Made by a program: the position numbers and the translations under genes. A DNA stretch of 64,000 nucleotides. It comes from Clostridiales bacterium (GTDB lineage Bacteria; Bacillota; Clostridia; Christensenellales; CAG-314). The DNA lies in NCBI GenBank assembly GCA_022508305.1, contig JAFLVM010000001.1, positions 1,032,932 through 1,096,931 of the forward strand, read 5' to 3'. This document shows, piece after piece, positions 38,700-47,130 of this stretch. The notes under the pieces were generated by a model. The model had not been told where the DNA came from, did no database searches, and was given only the letters and a program-made list of their open reading frames with translations. Each line of letters begins with the position of its first letter. Positions within the stretch are counted from its first letter, which is position 1.

Positions 38700-38852
38700 A
38701 AGCTATATGCCTATCATATTGTAACAAGTAGGCTTTAATCACGTACTACAACAACACGACGTCATTCCACTTAGGTTCGTGTGTTGTCGGCGTGTCAATA
38801 TACAAACACAATACATTTTAATCAAACAAAAAACTAACAAGGAGAAAAACAA

Positions 38853-39227
38853 ATGGCTCGTATTTCCGGTGTAGATTTACCCAGAGAAAAACGTATTGAA
38901 ATCGGTTTGACCTACATTTACGGAATCGGACGTACTACCGCTACCAAGATTTTGGCGGAAACAGGCGTCAATCCCGATACGCGCGTTAAGGACTTGACCG
39001 AAGACGACATATCGAAGATCCGTGACTGTATTGAAAAGAACTATCACGTAGAAGGTGACCTTCGTCGTGAAGTATCCATGAACATCAAGAGACAAATAGA
39101 AATAGGCTCCTACCGCGGAATCCGTCACCGTAAGGGACTTCCCGTAAGAGGACAATCCACCAAACAAAACGCTCGTACCCGCAAGGGACCCAAGCGTACT
39201 GTTTCGCGCGGTAAGAAGGCTAAATAA
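38853..39227 (+). CDS. rpsM: 30S ribosomal protein S13
   Basis: [14 protein letters not shown]... Confidence 0.98.
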   Translation: MARISGVDLPREKRIEIGLTYIYGIGRTTATKILAETGVNPDTRVKDLTEDDISKIRDCIEKNYHVEGDLRREVSMNIKRQIEIGSYRGIRHRKGLPVRGQSTKQNARTRKGPKRTVSRGKKAK

Positions 39228-39241
39228 GGAGGGAAACTGTA

Positions 39242-39634
39242 ATGGCAGGAAAGAAAGTTGTCAAGAAAAGACGCGATTTAAGAAAAGTTGACAAAGGACA
39301 AGTACACATTCACGCTTCCTTCAACAACACGATTGTAACATTTACCGACCTCAACGGTAACGCTCTCACGCAGTGCAGCAGTGGCGCTCTCGGTTTCCGC
39401 GGCTCACGTAAGAGCACGGCGTTCGCTGCTCAACAGGCTTGCGAAAAGGCGGCAGAGGCTGCTAAGACTCTGTACGGAATTCGCTCCGTAGAAGTTTACG
39501 TCAAGGGTCCCGGTCAAGGACGCGAGTCGGCTATTCGCGCTTTGCAAACAGCCGAAATCGACGTAACCCTCATTCGCGACGTATCGCCTATCGCTCACAA
39601 CGGATGCCGTCCGCCCAAGCGTAGAAGAGTTTAG
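39242..39634 (+). CDS. rpsK: 30S ribosomal protein S11
   Basis: Conserved S11 sequence ([17 protein letters not shown]). Confidence 0.98.
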   Translation: MAGKKVVKKRRDLRKVDKGQVHIHASFNNTIVTFTDLNGNALTQCSSGALGFRGSRKSTAFAAQQACEKAAEAAKTLYGIRSVEVYVKGPGQGRESAIRALQTAEIDVTLIRDVSPIAHNGCRPPKRRRV

Positions 39635-39650
39635 TTAAAGGAGAAAGATT

Positions 39651-40277
39651 ATGGCAAGAAATACAAGCGCAGATTGCCGTCAATGCAGACGTGAAAAATG
39701 CAAGCTGTTCCTTAAAGGCGACAGATGCTACACCGACAAGTGCCCCGTAACTAAGCGCGGCAAGATTCCCGGAGTGCACGCCGACAGCAGAAAGAAGGTT
39801 ACCGAATACGGTCAACAACTCCGTGAAAAACAAAAGACCAAGAGAATTTACGGTCTTCAGGAAAAGCAATTCCACAAGTACTACGAGGAAGCTGAACGTC
39901 AAAAGGGCGTTACAGGCGCAAACATGCTCGTTTTGCTTGAACAACGTCTCGACAACGTTGTGTACCGTCTCGGTATCGGCGTGTCCCGTTCGCAGGCAAG
40001 ACAGTTCGTCAACCACGGTCTCATCACCGTAAACGGCAAGCGCGTAACCATTCCCAGCTACCAAGTAAGAGTAGGAGACGTCATTTCCATTAAGGATAAC
40101 AAGCGCGAACAACCCTTGTTCGTAGAACTCAAGCAATCCAAAAAGCCGGGCAACATTCCCCAATGGTTGGACTTCGAACCCGCCGAGCTTACGGGTAAAG
40201 TACTTGCTAAGCCGACGAGAGAAGATATCGACATGTCTATCCAAGAGCACATGATCGTCGAGTTGTACTCCAAGTAA
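39651..40277 (+). CDS. rpsD: 30S ribosomal protein S4 (Cys-cluster form)
   Basis: CRQCRREKCKLFLKGDRCYTDKC N-terminus plus an S4 RNA-binding domain. Confidence 0.97.
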   Translation: MARNTSADCRQCRREKCKLFLKGDRCYTDKCPVTKRGKIPGVHADSRKKVTEYGQQLREKQKTKRIYGLQEKQFHKYYEEAERQKGVTGANMLVLLEQRLDNVVYRLGIGVSRSQARQFVNHGLITVNGKRVTIPSYQVRVGDVISIKDNKREQPLFVELKQSKKPGNIPQWLDFEPAELTGKVLAKPTREDIDMSIQEHMIVELYSK

Positions 40278-40380
40278 TAGGTTTCGGCTTAAAGTATTCG
40301 CTACAAAGATTTACGCTTTGTGGCTCGCGTTAATACAACGCGTAAAAATTTCAATTTAATATAAAGGAGATTGTTGTCCA

Positions 40381-41352
40381 ATGATGGAAATAGAAAAACC
40401 CGTAATGACAGTTGAAGAAAGTGGTCCGAATTCCAGCATCATCAAGATCGTTGCAGAACCATTGGAAAGAGGTTACGGCATAACTCTCGGTAACGCTCTG
40501 CGTAGAGTTTTGTTAGCCGCTCTGCCCGGTGTTGCTGTTGTAGGTCTCATAATTGACGGAATTCAACACGAGTTTTCAACAGTCAACGGTGTCAAAGAAG
40601 ACGTGACGGACATTATCTTGAACATCAAGCGTTTGGCTTTGAAGTCGGATAACGAAGACAATGATTTCAGAAAGACAATTACGATAAACAAAGTTGGTCC
40701 TTGCGAAGTTCACGCAGGCGACATCATCACCGACAGCGAAGTAGAAGTGCTGAACCCCGACTTGTACATTTGTACTTTGGAGGACGGCGGCGTACTTGAT
40801 TGCGAACTGTTTGTGGCAAGAGGCTTGGGTTACTACTCAATTGAGAAGAACAAAGAGCGCAACCGCGAACTTAAACTCAACTACCCCATCGGTTACATAC
40901 CCATCGACTCGGTGTTCGGACCTGTTAAAAAGGCAAGCTACACTGTAGAAAGCGCCCGCGTAGGTCAAGATATCACCCGCGACAAGCTGACTCTCGAAGT
41001 GGAAACAAACGGCGCCTTTTCCGGTCGCGAAATCGTTTCGCTCGCTGCGCGTATCATCGAAGACCATATCAAGATGTTTGTTGATTTGTCCGAAAGTTTC
41101 AGCAGAGATATTTTGATCCCCAGAGAAAGCGACAACCACAGAAAGGTATTGGAAATGAACATCGACGACATGGATTTGTCAGTTCGTTCCTACAACTGCC
41201 TGAAGCGCGCAGGAATCCAAACGGTAGAGGATTTGACGCGCAGAACGGAAGACGACATGCTGAAGGTTCGCAACCTCGGCAGAAAGTCGCTTGACGAAGT
41301 AATTGCAAAGCTGGAAGGTTACGGTCTGTCTTTGAAGAATAAGGATGAATAG
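40381..41352 (+). CDS. rpoA: DNA-directed RNA polymerase alpha subunit
   Basis: GYGITLGNALRRVLL motif. C-terminal domain DLSVRSYNCLKRAGI. Confidence 0.98.
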   Translation: MMEIEKPVMTVEESGPNSSIIKIVAEPLERGYGITLGNALRRVLLAALPGVAVVGLIIDGIQHEFSTVNGVKEDVTDIILNIKRLALKSDNEDNDFRKTITINKVGPCEVHAGDIITDSEVEVLNPDLYICTLEDGGVLDCELFVARGLGYYSIEKNKERNRELKLNYPIGYIPIDSVFGPVKKASYTVESARVGQDITRDKLTLEVETNGAFSGREIVSLAARIIEDHIKMFVDLSESFSRDILIPRESDNHRKVLEMNIDDMDLSVRSYNCLKRAGIQTVEDLTRRTEDDMLKVRNLGRKSLDEVIAKLEGYGLSLKNKDE

Positions 41353-41364
41353 GAGTTAGAGAAT

Positions 41365-41874
41365 ATGGCAACACAAAGAAAATTAGGTAAAGCAACCGAT
41401 TTGAGATTGGCTCTTTTGAAAAACCAAGTTTCCCAACTTTTGTGGAACGGCAAGCTTGAGACGACCGAGGCTCGCGCTAAGGAAGTTCAAAAGCTGGCTG
41501 AAAAGTACATCACGCTTGCTGTCAACACCTACAAAGACACGGTAGAAGTTGAAAAGACCAAGATTGTGGGCGGCAAAGAGACGAAGGTAACCGTACTTAA
41601 CGACGGACCCAAGAAGCTTGCAGCTCGCAGAAGACTCATGGCAAACCTTGCAGATTTGAAGCCTGCCCGTCAGGACAAGGAAAGCGCAACGGAGTACAAA
41701 GTTCGTACTAAGACGGTAAAGCACCCCTTGGTAGAAAAGATTTTCAACGATTACGCTCCCAAGTTTGACAAGCTTGCAGAGGAAAGAGGTCAAAAGGGCG
41801 GCTACACAGCCATCTATAAAGAGAACGCCCGTCGTGGTGACGGCGCCGAAATGGCTCTCATCGTTGTACTGTAA
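41365..41874 (+). CDS. rplQ: 50S ribosomal protein L17 with an internal insertion
   Basis: RKLGKATDLRLALLKNQ... and a C-terminal GGYT.IYK...RRGDGAEMALI. 169 aa. Confidence 0.95.
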   Translation: MATQRKLGKATDLRLALLKNQVSQLLWNGKLETTEARAKEVQKLAEKYITLAVNTYKDTVEVEKTKIVGGKETKVTVLNDGPKKLAARRRLMANLADLKPARQDKESATEYKVRTKTVKHPLVEKIFNDYAPKFDKLAEERGQKGGYTAIYKENARRGDGAEMALIVVL

Positions 41875-41930
41875 ACATAACAACTTGTTTTCAAGAGTTT
41901 TTGTTACAATCAATAAATAACTAAAATAAA

Positions 41931-41966
41931 AAATCTCACTGCACGAAACCGCAGTGAGATTTTTTC
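41931..41966 (+). terminator. Rho-independent terminator of the alpha operon
   Basis: Stem AATCTCACTGC/GCAGTGAGATT followed by a T5 run. Confidence 0.85.
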
Positions 41967-41990
41967 ACCTCGCCGGTGGGGCAAGTAATT
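41966..41990 (+). repeat. 25-nt intergenic repeat, copy 3
   Basis: CACCTCGCCGGTGGGGCAAGTAATT, directly after the terminator T-run. Confidence 0.8.
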
Positions 41991-42003
41991 GGGCTGTCCT
42001 TTA

Positions 42004-42032
42004 TTGAATTTTAATATCTGTTATGTTATAAT
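42004..42032 (+). promoter_or_regulatory. Near-consensus promoter for the AT-rich lipoprotein gene
   Basis: TTGAAT (42004-42009), a 17-nt spacer ending TGT, then TATAAT (42027-42032). Confidence 0.6.
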
Positions 42033-42134
42033 AATACTACGATAAACAGTAATTTAGCGCACAAAACATTCAACAAAAGGTGGGACAAAACTCGACTTTG
42101 ATTTGTTATATGAGTAAATGAAGGAAGGTATATT

Positions 42135-42626
42135 ATGAAGAAACCATCAAGACTTTTGACTTTATTACTTGTCGTGTGTAGTATTGCGGTTATTTTCTCG
42201 GCTTGCACCGAAGATCCATATAAAGATTACGTTTCTTCTGGGTTAGAGCCAAAAACAAAGCTAATCGGATATAGTGAACAGAATTTTATCAAATGGAACT
42301 CTGATACAAAACTAAAATTATTAACTTCTTACACTGATTATAAAAATTTCGATATTGATTTGGGTTATACGAAAGCATATTTTGAGTATAATTCCCTATT
42401 GATATTGTTGCAAACCACTTGTTCATCGGAGAATCACCAATTTGTTGATATTCTGGAAAAAGACGGCAAATTGTGTCCAGTAGTTGAACACAATTATATC
42501 GGACCCAATGACCCTGTAACTGATGATATTATCTATTATGCGTTTTATGCAGAAATTCCCAACAGCGAAAATTATAAGATAGGAGAAGTAATTCTACGAA
42601 CTCGTTCACAAAATGTAATGCAATAA
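42135..42626 (+). CDS. Hypothetical lipoprotein (AT-rich gene)
   Basis: MKKPSRLLTLLLVVCSIAVIFSAC lipobox, GAAGGAAGG RBS. Composition is clearly more AT-rich than the neighbours. Confidence 0.7.
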   Translation: MKKPSRLLTLLLVVCSIAVIFSACTEDPYKDYVSSGLEPKTKLIGYSEQNFIKWNSDTKLKLLTSYTDYKNFDIDLGYTKAYFEYNSLLILLQTTCSSENHQFVDILEKDGKLCPVVEHNYIGPNDPVTDDIIYYAFYAEIPNSENYKIGEVILRTRSQNVMQ

Positions 42627-42659
42627 ATTTCAATTTATCGTTACACCTGTATAAAAACG

Positions 42660-42688
42660 AAACCCTACTGAGTTAACAGTAGGGTTTT
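42660..42688. terminator. Terminator hairpin between convergent genes
   Basis: Perfect 11-bp stem AAACCCTACTG/CAGTAGGGTTT. Confidence 0.75.
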
Positions 42689-42690
42689 AA

Positions 42691-43662
42691 TTAATTTTGT
42701 TTATTTACGTTCCAGTCAGTTACGAGTGGGTAACTTGTGAGTGTTTTGCCGTCGAGGTCGGTTTTGTGCATGTCCACGGCAGAGATTTGACTGTTTTCGT
42801 AGGTCGTGTAGTAGTAAATTCCCTTCGTCGTGTTGCAACAGGAGGAGTAAATGGTGTACTCGTAACCGTGGTCTACCGCGCAGCAGCCCTTTTGTTGAGC
42901 AACCGAGCCGAGTATGTGGAAGAAGTGACTCACACTTTCCTTTTCGCTGTCACCTACGACCGAATTGTTGAGCACAAACGCCGCGCGAACGAATCTTGAA
43001 GCAGATGACAAATCCCCGGGTAAGCCAAATCCGCCCGCCCCGCGACTGTATGCTTCAATATTCAGCTTGTCAGCAAAGCGGTTGTCGGCAATTTCACGCG
43101 TTACGCCCATGTAGTGACTGAGGTTCAGCATGTGGAAGTCGAAGGTAGGACTGTTGGTCATCACGTTTGTTGGGTTGTCGTGTATTTTTAAGCCCTCTTT
43201 GGCGCTTTCGACTACAATAGAATCAACACTGTCGCAAATATGCCAATGCAATGGCGACAGCTTTAACTGTTCGGAAAAGTTTTCGTTGTACAGGCTGATT
43301 TTGTCAAGCAGTACACGCGCCTCGGCAACGGTGGCGCACTGTCCGAGAATCCAAGGTATGAATTCAAATGGCGTAACGTTGTCTTTGCCTTTTGTCAATG
43401 GCTTGTAGTCGGCGTATCTCGGAAAATTCAGTCCTGCCATACTCAGTCCCTTTTCGTTGGTGGCGTCGTAGTACAAAGGGTAGTTTTCCTGCACGAACGC
43501 CATACCGATAATGGCGTAGTGTGATTTCAGTTCCTTGACCTTGCGGAACTTCAACGGAAAGTTGCGGGGCGTTACTGTTACCGTTTCGTTGTAGGAAAAT
43601 TCGTAATCGAGATTTCTGCCAAAGTAGTGGTCTTTTGTTTTGAATGAAATTGAGGTGCACAT
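42691..43662 (-). CDS. Choloylglycine hydrolase family Ntn-hydrolase (bile salt hydrolase / penicillin V acylase-like)
   Basis: The true start is MCTSISFKTKDHYFGRNLDYEF, with the catalytic Cys directly after Met and an AGAGAGGA RBS. 323 aa. The upstream 89 codons of the track ORF were rejected. Confidence 0.85.
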   Translation of the reverse strand: MCTSISFKTKDHYFGRNLDYEFSYNETVTVTPRNFPLKFRKVKELKSHYAIIGMAFVQENYPLYYDATNEKGLSMAGLNFPRYADYKPLTKGKDNVTPFEFIPWILGQCATVAEARVLLDKISLYNENFSEQLKLSPLHWHICDSVDSIVVESAKEGLKIHDNPTNVMTNSPTFDFHMLNLSHYMGVTREIADNRFADKLNIEAYSRGAGGFGLPGDLSSASRFVRAAFVLNNSVVGDSEKESVSHFFHILGSVAQQKGCCAVDHGYEYTIYSSCCNTTKGIYYYTTYENSQISAVDMHKTDLDGKTLTSYPLVTDWNVNKQN

Positions 43663-43801
43663 TTTTCTATCCTCTCTTTTGGGTATTAACAATAACAAAA
43701 TCAATTTGCTACTATTATACATCACACCTTTGCCCATTTCAAGTGCGGCATACAACAAGTTTTGATATTTTATCTCAAAGTAGTGCAAACTATCGGTAAG
43801 T

Positions 43802-44275
43802 ATGGTAAAATTAGGTATAAAGAAAATCATTTTGACGGTGGTAGTAACAGTTATGTGTTTGACGGCATTTATTTTCGGCTCGGGTATGGGCGGTGTCGGC
43901 GGCGGTACGTTTAACACGACGGACGGCAATCGTTTTGTGGTGTTGACGAGTAAGTCGCAATTCGACGAGTACGTGGCGAGTCACGAAGGCGATTTGTTCA
44001 ACGTGCCCGAAAGTGAGCGTAGTAACTACGACGGCAAATTCTTCGAAACCAACGCGCTTGTGTTGTTTCTTACCGACGGCATGAGCGGCAGTATCAAGGT
44101 AGTGTACGAGGGTTACAAGCTTAAAGGGAACGAATTACACGTTACTGTCAAGGAGCTTAGCCCCGCAATTCACACAATGGATCTCAAATACAACACGCTT
44201 TGCGCTGCTATTCCGCAAGAGCTTGCAAACAGTTTCAATAAGGTTGTAATTGACAGTTACAGAGTGGAAATTTAA
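43802..44275 (+). CDS. Hypothetical secreted/membrane-anchored protein, distant paralog of 42135..42626
   Basis: N-terminal hydrophobic anchor. It shares the pattern LTS...FFE.N.L.L.L...S....V...G.L...V.E....IP with the lipoprotein at 42135. Confidence 0.6.
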   Translation: MVKLGIKKIILTVVVTVMCLTAFIFGSGMGGVGGGTFNTTDGNRFVVLTSKSQFDEYVASHEGDLFNVPESERSNYDGKFFETNALVLFLTDGMSGSIKVVYEGYKLKGNELHVTVKELSPAIHTMDLKYNTLCAAIPQELANSFNKVVIDSYRVEI

Positions 44276-44294
44276 CGATAATTAGAGGTAAATT

Positions 44295-45449
44295 ATGAAA
44301 ATAACAAAAGATATCAAATATATTGGCGTAAACGACCACGAAATAGACCTTTTCGAGGGGCAATACGTTGTTCCTAACGGTATGGCGTACAACAGCTACG
44401 TAATTGTTGACGACAAGGTTGCCGTAATGGACACCGTTGACCGTCATTTTGGGAAACAGTGGCTAACAAACCTCAAAAAGGCGCTTAAAGGTCGCCAAGT
44501 TGACTATTTAATCGTTCAACACATGGAACCCGACCACTCGGGCAGTATTACCGACTTTTTGGCTGCTTACCCAAGTGCTACGGTTGTTGCCAATTCCAAG
44601 ACGTTCCTCATCATGGAAAACTTTTTGGGCAAAGAGGTGGCGCAAAACAGACTTGTCGTTTCCGACGGACAAAGCCTGTCGCTTGGCAAGCACAACCTGA
44701 CATTCGTTTTCGCGCCAATGGTGCACTGGCCCGAAGTAATGGTAACTTACGACGCTACGGACAAAGTGCTGTTCTCTGCTGACGGCTTCGGCAAGTTCGG
44801 CGCGCTGGACGTGGACGAGGATTGGGCGTGCGAGGCGCGTCGCTACTACTTCGGAATCGTCGGTAAGTACGGCGTTCCCGTGCAAAACCTGCTCAAAAAG
44901 GCAGCGGCATTGGACATCGCTACGATTTGCCCGCTCCACGGACCTGTCCTCAGCGAAAACCTCGGTTACTATCTCAATTTGTACAACATCTGGAGCAGCT
45001 ACGGCGTAGAAAGCGAGGGAATTTGCATTTGCTACACTTCCGTTTACGGACACACGAAGGAAGCGGTGGAAATCCTTGCGGAAGAGCTGAAAAACAACGG
45101 CTGCGAAAAAGTTGCAATCAATGATTTAGCCCGCTGTGACATGGCAGAGGCGGTAGAGGACGCTTTCCGCTACGGTAAGCTTGTACTTGCAACAACAACT
45201 TACAACGCGTCAATCTTCCCCTTTATGCACGAATTTGTCACCCACCTTGTAGAGCACGGCTATCAGAATAGGACAATAGGAATTATCGAAAACGGCTCAT
45301 GGGCGCCGCAGGCTGCAAAGGTGATTCGCCAACTGTTGGACGGCTGCAAGAATATCACCTTTACGGACACGACGGTAACCATACTTTCCGCCTTAAAGGA
45401 CGACAACCGCGCGCAAATTGTTGAACTCGCCAAAGAGCTTTGCAAATAA
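44295..45449 (+). CDS. FprA-family flavodiiron protein (metallo-beta-lactamase-like diiron domain + flavodoxin-like domain)
   Basis: VQHMEPDHSG diiron motif. 384 aa, with a C-terminal flavodoxin-like segment. Confidence 0.85.
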   Translation: MKITKDIKYIGVNDHEIDLFEGQYVVPNGMAYNSYVIVDDKVAVMDTVDRHFGKQWLTNLKKALKGRQVDYLIVQHMEPDHSGSITDFLAAYPSATVVANSKTFLIMENFLGKEVAQNRLVVSDGQSLSLGKHNLTFVFAPMVHWPEVMVTYDATDKVLFSADGFGKFGALDVDEDWACEARRYYFGIVGKYGVPVQNLLKKAAALDIATICPLHGPVLSENLGYYLNLYNIWSSYGVESEGICICYTSVYGHTKEAVEILAEELKNNGCEKVAINDLARCDMAEAVEDAFRYGKLVLATTTYNASIFPFMHEFVTHLVEHGYQNRTIGIIENGSWAPQAAKVIRQLLDGCKNITFTDTTVTILSALKDDNRAQIVELAKELCK

Positions 45450-45459
45450 TGTAAAAAAG

Positions 45460-45485
45460 TCCCGCACCGTTCGGTGTGGGATTTC
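45460..45485. terminator. Terminator hairpin shared by the flavodiiron and XRE genes
   Basis: TCCCGCACC-GTTC-GGTGTGGGA (9 bp with one G-U pair), with an A-run before and TTTCT after. Confidence 0.65.
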
Positions 45486-45682
45486 TAATTTTCATCAGTT
45501 CTGCCTATTAAGTAGTCAACGGTTACACCAAAGAAATCGGCAAACATTATCAATGTTTGGTGGTCTGCCTCTCTTTGACCATTTTCATATCTGCTAATTG
45601 TATTTTGATTTAGTCCCAACTTCAATGCTAATTGTAATTGAGATAAACCCTTACTTTCCCGTAATTTTCTTAAATTTTTCAT
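45485..45682 (-). CDS. XRE-family helix-turn-helix transcriptional regulator
   Basis: LRKLRESKGLSQLQLALKLGLNQNTISRYENGQR is a classic HTH_3 motif. 65 aa. Confidence 0.88.
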   Translation of the reverse strand: MKNLRKLRESKGLSQLQLALKLGLNQNTISRYENGQREADHQTLIMFADFFGVTVDYLIGRTDEN

Positions 45683-45709
45683 AAATATCTTTTGTTTTAT
45701 TATCTTTTA

Positions 45710-45738
45710 TTGACAATATTATACCAATTAGGTATAAT
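45710..45738 (+). promoter_or_regulatory. Perfect consensus promoter for the SLOG-family gene
   Basis: TTGACA (45710-45715), a 17-nt spacer, then TATAAT (45733-45738). Confidence 0.7.
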
Positions 45739-45742
45739 AAAA

Positions 45743-45763
45743 AATATCCCGTATTGGGATATT
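45743..45763. promoter_or_regulatory. Inverted repeat at the predicted transcription start, candidate XRE operator
   Basis: AATATCCC-GTATT-GGGATATT, perfect 8-bp arms, 4 nt downstream of the -10 element. Confidence 0.5.
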
Positions 45764-45782
45764 ACAATATGAGGATATAACT

Positions 45783-46439
45783 ATGGCAAACTTATCGTGC
45801 GCCTTTTTCGGGCATAGAAACTTTGATTACAGACCGTATGAAGATAAAATAAGGAGTGTCGTAGTGGATTTAATCAACCGCGGCGTGACTGAATTTTACA
45901 ATGGTTACCGAGGAAATTTTGACGAAACTTGCGCAAGGATTGTTCGTGAATTACAGGCACAATACCCTCAAATTAAAAACATAATGGTGCTTTCCTACGT
46001 TCCGAACGAAAAGTTTGTTAAGCCCGATGTATTTGACGAGACGGTATATTTATTAGAAAAAAGAGTGCCCCTCAAATACGCCATATCTCACACAAACAAA
46101 AGGCTTGTTCAAACAGTGGACTACATAGTATCAGGTGTCGTGAGAAATTGGGGCGGGGCAAAATCTGCATGCGACTATGCCGAGTATTTGTACAGGACAA
46201 TTTTTTACATAGTGGGCGACTATTCCTATTGCGACCACTACCGATTTGACAAAGAAGTGGAAGAAGAGTTGATGGACGAGGAACTTCGCAAGGAAATTGA
46301 AGAAAAGTCGCAGCAACTATACGAGAAAATTGCGCCGATAGTTGAGGCTAATATTGCAAAACTAAAAAACAAAAAAAGACGTAAAGAGCCTTCCAACCCT
46401 GTGTGGGCAAAAGTGGAAACAAAAACGACAGAGGATTAA
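45783..46439 (+). CDS. SLOG-family (DUF1273-like) protein with a charged helical C-terminal tail
   Basis: The N-terminal CAFFGHRNF motif and overall pattern match my recollection of DUF1273/SLOG proteins (CxFTGHR). The C-terminal ~70 aa are E/K-rich. Confidence 0.6.
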   Translation: MANLSCAFFGHRNFDYRPYEDKIRSVVVDLINRGVTEFYNGYRGNFDETCARIVRELQAQYPQIKNIMVLSYVPNEKFVKPDVFDETVYLLEKRVPLKYAISHTNKRLVQTVDYIVSGVVRNWGGAKSACDYAEYLYRTIFYIVGDYSYCDHYRFDKEVEEELMDEELRKEIEEKSQQLYEKIAPIVEANIAKLKNKKRRKEPSNPVWAKVETKTTED

Positions 46440-46453
46440 CTCTGTCGTTTTTA
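46425..46453 (+). terminator. Rho-independent terminator overlapping the stop codon
   Basis: Perfect 9-bp stem ACGACAGAG/CTCTGTCGT followed by TTTT. Confidence 0.75.
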
Positions 46454-46483
46454 TGATTGTTCAATACGTCAAGCTAATAGGTT

Positions 46484-47050
46484 TTAAGCGCGAAGGTTGT
46501 ACTTTTGCATCACTTTGTCGATGTCCGCGCCGTTTACAAAGTCGTAAAGAGCAGAAGCAGCGGCGTCAAGTACGGGGTCGAGCGCGGTGTGGTCGTCGTC
46601 GGTAACTTGAGATAATACGAAATCAATAAGCGGCATAGGCGTTTCCTTGCCGATACCCACCCGAACGCGGGGAAAATCATCGGTAGAAAGCATTTGCACG
46701 ATATTTTTCATTCCGTTGTGTGTTCCCGCCGAGCCATTGACCCGAATACGCAAATTGCCGATAGGTATGTCAACGTCGTCGTAAACTACGATTAAATGAC
46801 CCTTTTCAATTTTGTACCTGTGGCAAAGCTCCTGTACCGCTTCGCCGGACAAATTCATATACGTTACGGGTTTGGCAACGATAACCTTTTCGCCGTTGAC
46901 CCTTGCGTGAGCGGTAACTGCGCGGCATTCGCCCTTGTTGAACTCTACGCCAAGTTTTTCAACAAGTCTGTCCACAACCATGAAACCCATATTGTGAAAA
47001 GTGTTGAAATATTTTTTTTCGGGATTTCCCAAACCAACTACCAAATACAT
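46484..47050 (-). CDS. pth: Peptidyl-tRNA hydrolase
   Basis: MYLVVGLGNPEKKY...HN.GF, NLSGEAV, GTHNGMKNI. The start was moved to ATG 47050; the 40 Cys-rich upstream codons of the track ORF were rejected. Confidence 0.93.
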   Translation of the reverse strand: MYLVVGLGNPEKKYFNTFHNMGFMVVDRLVEKLGVEFNKGECRAVTAHARVNGEKVIVAKPVTYMNLSGEAVQELCHRYKIEKGHLIVVYDDVDIPIGNLRIRVNGSAGTHNGMKNIVQMLSTDDFPRVRVGIGKETPMPLIDFVLSQVTDDDHTALDPVLDAAASALYDFVNGADIDKVMQKYNLRA

Positions 47051-47130
47051 ACTCAAATTGTACCACAAAAATAGACAAATGTAAATAAGTTTACAATGGG
47101 GCAATATTGTGGTACACTTGTAACAGTACG

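Noticed and set aside
38700-38852. A possible small gene or tRNA in the 178-nt rpmJ-rpsM spacer
   Set aside because: I could find no ORF with an RBS and no cloverleaf. Apart from repeat copy 2, it is more likely an alpha-operon (S4-regulated) leader or internal promoter region. I cannot support a specific call.
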